This document shows, in pieces, positions 55,106-64,000 of a stretch of 64,000 nt of DNA. The notes beneath the pieces are model-generated. The model searched no databases and was not told where the DNA came from. It saw nothing but the letters and a program-made list of their open reading frames with translations. A program made the position numbers and the translations under genes. Position 1 is the stretch's first letter. Each line of letters starts with the position of its first letter. Source of the stretch: a virus; the UHGV virus genome UHGV-0131811. One strand, given 5' to 3'.

Positions 55106-55504
55106 TTACTGAGAAGTTAGGCTTTTGAAAATGCTTGCTTCGAAAAAACTTCCGAAGTTTGCCTCCAGCGCAAATGCTAAGTAATCAATAAATTCACCGT
55201 AGTTTGCTTGGAAGTAGGTATCAATATTTAGTGGGAAGTCATCAACAGTCGCCCCTTGAAATAGTAAGGTAGCCATTTCTTCAAGGTTAATTTCTTCAAT
55301 TCTGTCAAAACAAGCTTCAACAAGTTCTTTAAATGGAACCATTGGAGCTTCTTTCTTGTCTTTATCAGTCAGACTTGACAGCATCTGTGCAAAGGTTGGA
55401 ACAACAATTTTACCCAACTTCATAGACATCTTAATACCATCTCTTGCCCCAAGCAGAACGATATTTACTTTCTTACCATTAATTACTCTAGATTCTGTTT
55501 TCAT
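55106..55504 (-). CDS. tail assembly chaperone (G-like)
   Basis: 132 aa acidic protein between tube and tape measure genes; slippery site near 3' end. Confidence 0.5.
   Translation of the reverse strand: MKTESRVINGKKVNIVLLGARDGIKMSMKLGKIVVPTFAQMLSSLTDKDKKEAPMVPFKELVEACFDRIEEINLEEMATLLFQGATVDDFPLNIDTYFQANYGEFIDYLAFALEANFGSFFEASIFKSLTSQ
55142..55148 (-). other. putative -1 programmed ribosomal frameshift site (U UUU UUC)
   Basis: Heptamer in zero-frame register 40 nt before the G-like stop; -1 frame stays open into the 54864..55103 ORF. Confidence 0.45.
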
Positions 55505-55529
55505 TGTGATTCCTTAATATTTTTAAAAG

Positions 55530-55569
55530 AAACAAAAAAGGGGAAGACCTTTTAAAGTCTCCCCCTTAT
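55530..55569 (-). terminator. rho-independent terminator after tail tube gene
   Basis: 9-bp stem (one G-U) with 8-nt loop and UUUUUUGUUU on minus strand. Confidence 0.55.
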
Positions 55570-55577
55570 AGGATTTA

Positions 55578-56024
55578 TTAAACACTTGACGCTGGAATTG
55601 TAGAAGTGTAGTCTAGCTTCTCACAACCAAAAATCCAAGTCTTAGAGTTCTGGTCACGACCAAGTTCAATCTGTGGTAATTCCTGCAACCAAGCATTAAT
55701 ACCAGTTGCCAGAACAGAGCCTGATGGGTCGTAGATTACGAAGTTAGAAGAGATATCTTCTTCAAGTTCCATATTGTCTTGTTTAGCTTGAATTGCAGAA
55801 AGCATCTGGTTAGAGAGAGAAGTCTGCATTAGCTCAATCTCAATAGTACCTGTCTTGTCTGCATTTCTTGTCAGAGCAACTTGACCACCTGCACCTACAA
55901 CTGGTGTCACAAGTGGTGATGTTCTCTGTAGACGTAAGAATGAGTCTGGGGCAAAGCCTTCAATGGCAATACCATTCCAGCTACACACAACGTCTTTAGG
56001 GGAATATTGCTGATACATAGCCAT
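55578..56024 (-). CDS. tail tube protein
   Basis: 148 aa immediately downstream of sheath-like gene. Confidence 0.5.
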   Translation of the reverse strand: MAMYQQYSPKDVVCSWNGIAIEGFAPDSFLRLQRTSPLVTPVVGAGGQVALTRNADKTGTIEIELMQTSLSNQMLSAIQAKQDNMELEEDISSNFVIYDPSGSVLATGINAWLQELPQIELGRDQNSKTWIFGCEKLDYTSTIPASSV

Positions 56025-56039
56025 TCCAATTTACCTCTA

Positions 56040-57392
56040 TTATTCGTAAGCCACTGTACCTTTCAAGTCAACATCCAAGATAGCCCCTGCTAAGATACCT
56101 GAGAAGGTAACGTCTTTCAGGATACGAGCTTTCTTGTCTGCCAAAGCAACTTGAGAGGCTTTAGGAACATTAACTGTGTAAGATGACAGGAAGTTTCTGT
56201 TGACTGCTCTTTGCAGAGAGGTTTCAATGACTTGACGAATACGGGTAATACCAGTATCATCATAAGTAATCTTACCACCCTTCTGGTTAATTAGCAAGTC
56301 TCTCAGAGAAGTTTTCAGGTCTGATTCTAACCAGTCAACACCACGGATGATATCAATCCATTCCCCACCAGAAGTAATCCCTCTACGAACCACTGGAACA
56401 CCACCATCAAGGTCAATAAAGTTACAGTGACGTGCATCTAAAGCTGACTTCTGAATACTTGTCAGAGGTCTCTGATTAGATGGCTGTAGAGAAGCAGCTA
56501 CACCAGTTAACTGTGCGTTACCCCAAGCAATTGAACCTGCATCATAAGGAGCACCATAAGCAATGTATGCCATTTCTGGATAATCTTCTGCTGCTGTGTG
56601 ATGCCACAAGCAAACTGTATGAGTGTACTTATTCTTAGCAAGTTGTGCTGGAACATCATTTGCACTGGATAATTCTGTACCTTGTAGGGCTGTTACATCA
56701 GAGTTAGCTGTAAAGAAAATCTTCTTACGAGCTTGAATCTCAGAAGCCATTGCTAAGACAAACTGTTGAGTTCTATCTTCTGCTGCAATGAAATACCAGT
56801 CAGTTGAATAAGCCTCAATAGCTGCCAGAGCAGTCGATGCTGTGTCAGCAGTTGTACTTGCAATTGACACTGTTTGTGCTGTAGTGGTAACCTTCACGAA
56901 GTCATTGTCACCCGCTTTGGTGATTACCATTGTTGCTGAACCACCAGCACCAGTTACATTGACGGTAACAAGGTCTTTTACAGAAGGCTCTGCTTCAATC
57001 TGAGTTTTAAGCTGCTGTAGCACCTTCTCAGCAGTATCTTCTGACTGTGAAGTGTACTGGAATGGCTGAGAAACTCCACCGCTCACAGCTACAGTTAAAG
57101 AATAGTCGGTGCTCTCAGTAACCTCATCAGGAATTGATACAGTGTACTGCATAGCACGTCTACCAATATAAAGCTGAGTTACTTTAGGAGTCTGACTCCA
57201 AAGTTGTTTAGCAGCCTTATATGCAGCAGAGTTTTCATCGAAATCTTCAGCAACTTCAGTTAAGGAAGTGTAACCACGGACTCTTTCTTCAAAGTTATCT
57301 GTTGAAGCTAAAAATAGTGGTAGCCCAAAACCTTCTCTTGTAGTTCCTGCGGTGTTCAATGTAATATCTACATTAACAATTGGATTCCACAT
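56040..57392 (-). CDS. tail sheath protein
   Basis: 450 aa upstream of tube gene in a contractile-tail gene order. Confidence 0.55.
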   Translation of the reverse strand: MWNPIVNVDITLNTAGTTREGFGLPLFLASTDNFEERVRGYTSLTEVAEDFDENSAAYKAAKQLWSQTPKVTQLYIGRRAMQYTVSIPDEVTESTDYSLTVAVSGGVSQPFQYTSQSEDTAEKVLQQLKTQIEAEPSVKDLVTVNVTGAGGSATMVITKAGDNDFVKVTTTAQTVSIASTTADTASTALAAIEAYSTDWYFIAAEDRTQQFVLAMASEIQARKKIFFTANSDVTALQGTELSSANDVPAQLAKNKYTHTVCLWHHTAAEDYPEMAYIAYGAPYDAGSIAWGNAQLTGVAASLQPSNQRPLTSIQKSALDARHCNFIDLDGGVPVVRRGITSGGEWIDIIRGVDWLESDLKTSLRDLLINQKGGKITYDDTGITRIRQVIETSLQRAVNRNFLSSYTVNVPKASQVALADKKARILKDVTFSGILAGAILDVDLKGTVAYE

Positions 57393-57992
57393 TTATTTTA
57401 CCCCTTTGGAGTCTACATCTAGATGGATAGTATATTCTGGTGGCTCTTGTCCTTCTTCGTAAACTAATTCACCATCAACAATGACACGTTCAATAATTCC
57501 CCCACGTTCATCTTTCAGGACTGAATTTTTTACAAGAGTTACAACAAGAGGCGCAGAATTTTCGAAATCTGTATTGAGATAGGTATAGTCATTCGGGATA
57601 GCTCCAGTGTCTAAAACTGTAGCTCCTGTCTCTTCAAGAATTAAATCTCTGACTGAACTCATCTCTAATCGTTGTTTAAGCTCAAGCATAATACTGTGAG
57701 CACCTTTACCATTTACCGTAATTAATACTGGAATCTGAAAAGCAATTCTGTAGCAAACTACATCATCCTCAACAAACTTATCAAGAACCCAACCATAAGG
57801 TGTTGCAGCATCTTGACAATATACGGTAATAAATGGCTGGTCAGGTTTTAAACCTTTGTCATTTGAGTTATCAGAAGGGTAAGCTCTAATTACATTTGGT
57901 CTATTATTTTTATCACGAGCTAGTCTGTGACCAATAACATCCACTAAGGTTCTAACTAGACCTTTTTCAAGTTCTGCTGTTTCTAACTGCAT
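57393..57992 (-). CDS. head-tail joining / tail completion protein
   Basis: 199 aa; position only. Confidence 0.35.
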   Translation of the reverse strand: MQLETAELEKGLVRTLVDVIGHRLARDKNNRPNVIRAYPSDNSNDKGLKPDQPFITVYCQDAATPYGWVLDKFVEDDVVCYRIAFQIPVLITVNGKGAHSIMLELKQRLEMSSVRDLILEETGATVLDTGAIPNDYTYLNTDFENSAPLVVTLVKNSVLKDERGGIIERVIVDGELVYEEGQEPPEYTIHLDVDSKGVK

Positions 57993-58368
57993 TCATTTTA
58001 TCCCTTCTAATAATGATATATTCATAATGGGACGTATGGGCTAATTGCTGTGACCAATCCATAGTCATAAATACTTCATACTCATGACCATCAATCATAA
58101 CAATGTCAGACTCATTCCACTCTACATCATCTGAAGTTCTAAGTTTATATGTAGTATACAGGATTCTTGTATCGGTAAGCCTGATACCTTCCGGTAAAGC
58201 AATCTGTGTACCGTTCTTTACAGAACCTTTGATATATGGCTGGATATTACCTTTGCAGTTAACCTCTACAATATCTTGTGAAGCTACCCAATCACCATCA
58301 TCATTGTAATAACCGTCTTCAGAGACTTTACGCTTTACTACAAAGCTGTGTCTGTTTAAGAGTCTCAT
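57967..58368 (-). CDS. head-tail joining protein
   Basis: 133 aa; position only. Confidence 0.35.
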   Translation of the reverse strand: MRLLNRHSFVVKRKVSEDGYYNDDGDWVASQDIVEVNCKGNIQPYIKGSVKNGTQIALPEGIRLTDTRILYTTYKLRTSDDVEWNESDIVMIDGHEYEVFMTMDWSQQLAHTSHYEYIIIRRDKMNAVRNSRT

Positions 58369-58847
58369 TTCTTAATACCCTTCTTAGTAGAAATTTTATA
58401 AGCAAGGTTATCCCTTAAGTCACCTGTCTCAACAAGAGGTGCATTAAAGCCTTTTTTCTTGACTGTGGAAGGTGCGTTAGGAGGGAGGATAGCAGAATTA
58501 CCAAAACCTCTTTTAATTGCCTTTTGAGCATTCTTTGCAAATGCTTCTAGGGTATTTGAAGGGTCTGTGTTGAGACTGCTAAGTTGCTTATATAGATTCT
58601 TCTTAGTCTGCTCTAACAAGGTCTGTCTGTTTAGCATCATAGTGATTTCAAACAACCTACGATATACTTTACCAGAAGCTGAGGGAACCCCAATAACTTC
58701 TTGCAAATACATTAAAGCAGGATAAGAAAAACCAGAGCTATGTTGACCTTGTTCTTGAAAATACCCAACTTGAGCATTAGCCGTTTGCAAGTTCTTCATA
58801 GCCCCGACTAATTTTGCTCTAGCGGGGTGAATAACCCTTTTAACCAT
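58365..58847 (-). CDS. head-tail joining / head completion protein
   Basis: 160 aa; position only. Confidence 0.35.
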   Translation of the reverse strand: MVKRVIHPARAKLVGAMKNLQTANAQVGYFQEQGQHSSGFSYPALMYLQEVIGVPSASGKVYRRLFEITMMLNRQTLLEQTKKNLYKQLSSLNTDPSNTLEAFAKNAQKAIKRGFGNSAILPPNAPSTVKKKGFNAPLVETGDLRDNLAYKISTKKGIKK

Positions 58848-59296
58848 TATTCATCTCGCTCGATAATAAATACGCCATTAACACGGTTGCAGTAATCTCT
58901 GCCTTCGTATCTGGCAGCATCACCATATTCTGTGTATTTCTTGACAGAGCAAGGATTCTGACGACGCATATCAATATCGCACTGGTTAATACCACCTGCA
59001 TAGGGTAGTCCTGAAACAGAGCTTTTAACAAGGTCATCATAAACAGCTTTCAGAGATTTGAATCTGGAAGAGTTACGTAAATAAACACCACCAACCTTCT
59101 CATCTCCCATCTTGGCTACTTGAAAGAGTAAATATTTAAGAGCTTTGATGGCTGCTTTCTTTTCATCCTTTCCAGATTCTAGATAGAACCACTCTAGCAC
59201 AGACTGTTCAATAAGAATTTCATCATTATTGGTGTCTGTGCAGAGGATTCTTACTCTATCAAGAGGGTTATTGGCTGGGTCGCCTGTATAACACAT
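58847..59296 (-). CDS. head-tail connector protein
   Basis: 149 aa, directly downstream of capsid gene. Confidence 0.35.
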   Translation of the reverse strand: MCYTGDPANNPLDRVRILCTDTNNDEILIEQSVLEWFYLESGKDEKKAAIKALKYLLFQVAKMGDEKVGGVYLRNSSRFKSLKAVYDDLVKSSVSGLPYAGGINQCDIDMRRQNPCSVKKYTEYGDAARYEGRDYCNRVNGVFIIERDE

Positions 59297-59317
59297 TCAT
59301 AACCCTCCTTAAGAATA

Positions 59318-60424
59318 TTATTCGTCTTTAGCGTCAGAACGAACGTCTACCAGCAACTGAGGACGAGTACAGTATGGCAGCATGTAAGAGTGAGCTTCGA
59401 AGTCAATACCTTCATCACGGTCTTTTTCGTATTCGAATACATACAGTTCCTGACCAAGTGTATTTGCGTAACCCATCTTAGGGCATGGGCCATAAGCCAC
59501 TTCGAAGATGTTGTTTGCTTCACCCAGCATAGAAACGTTAGGGAAAGCGTGTCCTACACCAACCTCTGCACCAGCACCATCAATGCTCACCAGAGTATGA
59601 ACCTTACCACGCTTGTCTTTGAACTTACCGTTGTACTGGACAAACTTAACACCACCGTAGTAGAAAGTGTTCATGTGAGCCTGAACGCCGTCAGTACCAC
59701 CAGTTCTCAGAGAACCAGTAATCTGTTGCCAAGCCAGTGGGGTCTGCTGTGCAAGATAGGCATCACGAATCTTAGGGTGTTTAGTCAGCTTGCTGAAGAA
59801 TACACGGTCAACAACTACGTGAATTTCTTCACCGTTGATTACAGTGCCAGTCTTAGCTTCGTCTTCCATGTGCATACGCAGTTCTTCAATAGAAGCGTCG
59901 ATGTCAGCATTAGGGTTGTCAAGGTCGAAGTAAACAGTCTTCTTCTCAACGTCGAACTGCTTGTACAGGTCAGCATACAGAGTACCACGAGCATCAACAA
60001 CTTTACCCTTCAGAGCTTGCATAAACAGGAACTCACGAGTAATATCGAACTTGGTACGAATCTTCATCAGCTTCTTAGCACGTACTACAGCTTCAGTAGT
60101 CAGTTCGTTTGCAGTGCCTGGCTGACGTACACCCTGAATTTCATCAGGAGTAATGCTTTCAACTTCTTTGAAGTACATCATTGGGAAGCTGATTTGACGA
60201 ACACGCTCAGGTGCGCTAGTCTCTGCTTTACGGCTATCACGGTCTACCGCATCAAGCAAGCTAACATCCCAATCAGTCAAGTCCATAAGGAAAGTAGTTT
60301 GGGTGATTGGTGCTGAACGGAACAGACCTAAGTTGGAAATATACCCATAAGTATTTGGGATAGACTGGACTTCACCAGTCAGGTCAGCAAGGAAAAATCT
60401 GCTTTTTTCAGAATTAGTCAACAT
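59318..60424 (-). CDS. major capsid protein (lambda gpE-like position)
   Basis: 368 aa following protease and decoration genes. Confidence 0.6.
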   Translation of the reverse strand: MLTNSEKSRFFLADLTGEVQSIPNTYGYISNLGLFRSAPITQTTFLMDLTDWDVSLLDAVDRDSRKAETSAPERVRQISFPMMYFKEVESITPDEIQGVRQPGTANELTTEAVVRAKKLMKIRTKFDITREFLFMQALKGKVVDARGTLYADLYKQFDVEKKTVYFDLDNPNADIDASIEELRMHMEDEAKTGTVINGEEIHVVVDRVFFSKLTKHPKIRDAYLAQQTPLAWQQITGSLRTGGTDGVQAHMNTFYYGGVKFVQYNGKFKDKRGKVHTLVSIDGAGAEVGVGHAFPNVSMLGEANNIFEVAYGPCPKMGYANTLGQELYVFEYEKDRDEGIDFEAHSYMLPYCTRPQLLVDVRSDAKDE

Positions 60425-60457
60425 TGTAAAATTCTCCAGAATGTCTTATTATTGTTA

Positions 60458-60835
60458 TTACAGGCCAGTTGGTACGAAATCAATACCTTTAGCAGCCAGA
60501 GCTGTCTTGACGCTCTCGGCATTAACACCAGACTCAAGAGTCAGCATGTCTTTCAGTTCTGCGTCACGGTAAATACCAACAACTTTCAACTGACCGTGGT
60601 AAGACAGTTGCAGGTCTGCATAAAAGTTAACGATACATACAGAATCAGCCTGAGCTTCTTCCCCTGCTGCAACTTTAGTACCATCTGCTTTCAGAACTTC
60701 ACCTACACGATATTCTGTAGATGCCTGTGGGGTGTACTCTTTACGAGAGTGGCCTGTTGGGGTAACCTGTTCCCAAAGAATGATATCATTCAGAGGTTCT
60801 CTTTTACCTAACTTAGTAAAACCTTGATATGCCAT
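60458..60835 (-). CDS. head decoration protein (lambda gpD-like)
   Basis: 125 aa between protease and capsid genes. Confidence 0.5.
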   Translation of the reverse strand: MAYQGFTKLGKREPLNDIILWEQVTPTGHSRKEYTPQASTEYRVGEVLKADGTKVAAGEEAQADSVCIVNFYADLQLSYHGQLKVVGIYRDAELKDMLTLESGVNAESVKTALAAKGIDFVPTGL

Positions 60836-60846
60836 TATTGTGTTCC

Positions 60847-62193
60847 TTATTTGATAAGAGATTTTAGAGCATTCTGGAGAGCCAGTTTGCGTTGTTCAGC
60901 GGTGTCTTCGGAAGCATTCTTAGCTGGTTCTTTTTCTTCTTCAACTAAATCAGCTTCGCCGTCATTACCCACTTCTTCCATAGCGTTGGAATGTTCAAGA
61001 ACAGCACCAGCAGTTTCTTTCAGCTTGGTAATTTCTGATTCTTTTTCTTCCATTGCAGAAGCATGGGACGCGATAGTTTCATTAAGTTTCTGGTTAGCAC
61101 CTTCCATAGCATTCATAAACAGAACACTCAGAGGGTTATCAAGACCAGCACCTAAAATAGTCGTTGCAGCTTCTTTTGCATCAAATCCAAAAGCTTCAGC
61201 AGAAGCAGAAATCTTATTAGTCAAATCTGACAAAGCAGCTTCCTGTTCTTTAGCTTTCATTTGAGCAACCTGAAGACGCAAAGCTTCTAGTTCTTGCTTT
61301 TCTTGTTCAGTCATTTCTTCACCTGAATTGTTAACGTTTAAACTTACAGGAGCCTCTTCAGAACCTTGTAAGTAATTTAAGAAATCATCTTGAGACATGA
61401 TTGAGTTAATTAAACCAAGTTCAAGAGCTTCCTGAGCAGAATAAACATTCGCCTCAGTATTCTTTACAGCTTCTTCAGAGATATTACGAGCTTCAGCTAC
61501 AAAACCTGTAAAGGTTGCGTAGGTATCATTAATTCTCTTTTGAAGTCTTTCTTTGCTTTCTTCTGAAAGTGCTTGGAATGGTGAACCCATACCTTTAAAC
61601 TCACCAGCTTTGATGACGTTAATTGTTACGCCATTCTTTTCAAATGCCTTAGTTAATTCCTGATGAACCATGATTACACCAATAGAACCAACATCTGCAT
61701 CTGGTGATGCAATAATTTCTTCAGCAGAAGATGCAAGAGCATATGCAGCGGAACAAGCGAACTCATCTACATAAGCAATAATTTTCTTTTGGCCTCTTGA
61801 AGCCATGATGTGACGTGCTAATTCAAAGCAACCTGAAGCTTCACCACCACCAGAATCAATATGCAGAACAATAGTCTTGATTGACTCATCTGCTAAAGCT
61901 TCGTCAAAGCCTCTACGTAAACCCTCATAAGAGCTTAATCCACCTGTACACATTGCATCAATGAACGTCATACGATGAGTTAAACCACCCATAATAGGGA
62001 TAATAGCAATGTCATCTTTTACTTTTAAAAGACTTCTTGCGTCACCTTTGGGTTTATCAAAGTTTACTGCTGCTTGGACATCACCCAGCAATCTGTTATT
62101 CACATAAGTTGCTGCTGAGTGAGCTAATGATTCAGTGGCTAGTAAAGGTTGGTTGAATAATCTATCAGCAAGTCTGAAGATATTCGAACTCAT
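60847..62193 (-). CDS. prohead protease / scaffold (S49 family, lambda gpC-like)
   Basis: 448 aa; N-terminal S49-like region, C-terminal coiled-coil region. Confidence 0.6.
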   Translation of the reverse strand: MSSNIFRLADRLFNQPLLATESLAHSAATYVNNRLLGDVQAAVNFDKPKGDARSLLKVKDDIAIIPIMGGLTHRMTFIDAMCTGGLSSYEGLRRGFDEALADESIKTIVLHIDSGGGEASGCFELARHIMASRGQKKIIAYVDEFACSAAYALASSAEEIIASPDADVGSIGVIMVHQELTKAFEKNGVTINVIKAGEFKGMGSPFQALSEESKERLQKRINDTYATFTGFVAEARNISEEAVKNTEANVYSAQEALELGLINSIMSQDDFLNYLQGSEEAPVSLNVNNSGEEMTEQEKQELEALRLQVAQMKAKEQEAALSDLTNKISASAEAFGFDAKEAATTILGAGLDNPLSVLFMNAMEGANQKLNETIASHASAMEEKESEITKLKETAGAVLEHSNAMEEVGNDGEADLVEEEKEPAKNASEDTAEQRKLALQNALKSLIK

Positions 62194-62204
62194 TTTTACT
62201 CACC

Positions 62205-62537
62205 CTATTTGTTTAAATCTACAGAGACTGAAGAGATAACATAAATACCTTCTTCAGCAAAGAATTGAGGTTTGCTAAGAGCACCAGTTGCCACGCATTT
62301 ATCGTTAGCATCCCACAAGCTATAGTGTGAGACCGTTGCAGAAGCTGGAACAGTAATATTAACTGTGTCTTCTGAGGCAATTAAGCCGTTATCCGGTTCA
62401 GAAAAATAAATAGCCACTGGCTGAGTAACCTTATTTGCTGTAGGGTCTGCCGTTGGGTCTACATTGTGTAAAATAATAGTCGTTGGGGTTAGCGTGGCGA
62501 GGATTTTATTCTTACCATCAATAGTTAATGTTCCCAT
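62205..62537 (-). CDS. hypothetical head-associated protein
   Basis: 110 aa. Confidence 0.4.
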   Translation of the reverse strand: MGTLTIDGKNKILATLTPTTIILHNVDPTADPTANKVTQPVAIYFSEPDNGLIASEDTVNITVPASATVSHYSLWDANDKCVATGALSKPQFFAEEGIYVISSVSVDLNK

Positions 62538-63037
62538 TAATTAAACCTTACTTTTTGTTTAAGGACTGTTGAATGGTTACCAGATTCATCTACCACATTT
62601 ACAATCATATCATATACTTTACCTTTGACAAGTACTTTGTAATCATTTTGTGAAAAAATGTATTCAAGTCTGTTTGTTTCTTTATTAACTGTCATTGGAG
62701 ATTGAAATGCAGTGTCGAGGGTAATGAAAGCGGCTTCAATGCTATTAACATTGATACGTTTATTCTCGCAGTTATATAACTTTACACCCAAAAGGCATGA
62801 ACTGTCAAATGGAATTTTAACAATTTCACTACAATTTCCTGAAATAAACGGTTTCCCACTCATTGGAGCATCAAGTAACCTGCAAATAGTGAAAACGTCA
62901 GAGGTTTCACCATCACTTACATAACCTGAAAGGCTGACCCTTGAGCCAACCTCTACAGATAATTTGTCAGTGATAATAAGAACACCTCTATACGAATGCA
63001 CTCGTGTAGCATTTGAAATAGAGATAACTTCAGCCAT
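62537..63037 (-). CDS. hypothetical head-associated protein
   Basis: 166 aa. Confidence 0.4.
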   Translation of the reverse strand: MAEVISISNATRVHSYRGVLIITDKLSVEVGSRVSLSGYVSDGETSDVFTICRLLDAPMSGKPFISGNCSEIVKIPFDSSCLLGVKLYNCENKRINVNSIEAAFITLDTAFQSPMTVNKETNRLEYIFSQNDYKVLVKGKVYDMIVNVVDESGNHSTVLKQKVRFN

Positions 63038-64000
63038 TATTTATTTGCCTTATTTGCTGTGCTTGGGTCTTTCGCTGAAGGTGTCTTTGCAGTACCTTCT
63101 CCAGCGGTCTTATAACCATCTCCTGAACGGCTTTGGCTATTTGGAGAAAGCTTTTCAGATACTGGCTGAGACTCATCAGCAGGAGGAAGACCAATATGCT
63201 CTCTAAGCTTGTTAGATAGTTCTTTGTCAACTTCCAAAGCACCTACTGCAACAGTCTTCTGAATATAAGAACCAATTGCTTCAAGGTCTGGAGTTTCGAT
63301 ATCATCATATGTGATTTGTACATGTTCTTCATCATCCCACATATTAAGAGCATAAGTCTGTGCAACTAAGTCACGGTTAATTACGTTCTTAATTTGCTTC
63401 AGCAGAATATCTACTGACATCGCTAATAAGCTTGTCTTAGAATCTGCAAGAGAGAATGAACCGTATTTTGACTGACCCATAGCAAGAACATCTGACATAA
63501 ATGCCATCATAATCTGCTTGGAGTATCTGTCAATAATAGAACCTGTATCGTATGCTTTAGCACCCTGTCTAGAAACTAATGAGAACTCGAAAATATCCTC
63601 TTTAGTATCTGGGTCGATATATCTAGGCCAGATTAAACCTGCTCTGTCATTAGCAATCATATCGTTGACAACAGTTTTGCAGTATTGTACGAAAGCTTTC
63701 TTTTCAGGTTCTGCATTTTCATCCAGATAATCTGGTGGTAAACCAATCTTTGGCATACCTACCAAGTCTCTTGAAACACCAACAGCTTCATACTCTTCAA
63801 TCTGTACTTTATACTTCCACGGTACATAAGCATTAAGTAATGGTGAACGACCTTCTGGATTTCCATATTCATCGTCATACTTGAACAGCATGAATTTAGC
63901 TCGTGGAAGTTTTCTTGTTAGTGGTCTTTCTCCGAGATTAATTGCTCCAGCAATATGTGAAACATTTCTCAGATTCTGCCTAACACCTGTAACTTTTCTA
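63037..64000 (-). CDS. portal protein, C-terminal part (5' end beyond window)
   Basis: Frame stays open upstream of the first Met to the window edge; disordered C-terminus; position upstream of protease. Confidence 0.45.
   Translation of the reverse strand, partial: RKVTGVRQNLRNVSHIAGAINLGERPLTRKLPRAKFMLFKYDDEYGNPEGRSPLLNAYVPWKYKVQIEEYEAVGVSRDLVGMPKIGLPPDYLDENAEPEKKAFVQYCKTVVNDMIANDRAGLIWPRYIDPDTKEDIFEFSLVSRQGAKAYDTGSIIDRYSKQIMMAFMSDVLAMGQSKYGSFSLADSKTSLLAMSVDILLKQIKNVINRDLVAQTYALNMWDDEEHVQITYDDIETPDLEAIGSYIQKTVAVGALEVDKELSNKLREHIGLPPADESQPVSEKLSPNSQSRSGDGYKTAGEGTAKTPSAKDPSTANKANK

Overview
This window is a gene-dense, low-GC segment of a tailed dsDNA phage genome with no integrase or repressor module, so it is probably virulent. 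It has three transcriptional blocks. Block 1 (71..30907, minus strand) is an early/metabolic region: macro-domain protein, possible spanin pair, secreted lytic transglycosylase, rIIA/rIIB, an adjacent Nampt-like and Prs-like gene pair, aerobic and anaerobic ribonucleotide reductases (nrdA, nrdB, nrdD, nrdG) with a glutaredoxin-like redoxin, several homing-endonuclease-like genes, a 5'-3' exonuclease, SSB, a T7 gp4-like primase-helicase and a dNMP kinase. Block 2 (31165..42408, plus strand) starts from an AT-rich divergent region and holds a family A DNA polymerase, an HNH-AP2 endonuclease, small proteins, an ATP-dependent DNA ligase, DHFR and thymidylate synthase. Block 3 (42446..64000, minus strand) is the late structural region: portal (5'-truncated by the window edge), S49 protease/scaffold, decoration and major capsid proteins, connector proteins, sheath, tube, frameshift-type chaperones, tape measure, a P2/Mu-like baseplate and two His-rich tail fibers. 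The mosaic resembles FelixO1-like myoviruses, but that is recollection, not a search result. The most unusual feature is a pair of non-coding loci (about 37070..37486 and 38544..38850) built from four modular units, each a conserved leader motif, a 70-95 nt array of phased pentamers with an invariant GT every 5 nt, and a hairpin whose stem covaries between copies. I could not assign this to any element class I know. Second in interest is the Nampt-like/Prs-like pair with a nearby macro-domain gene, which may be a phage NAD+ reconstitution (anti-defence) module. All functional calls are from reading motifs in the supplied translations; no database search was run.
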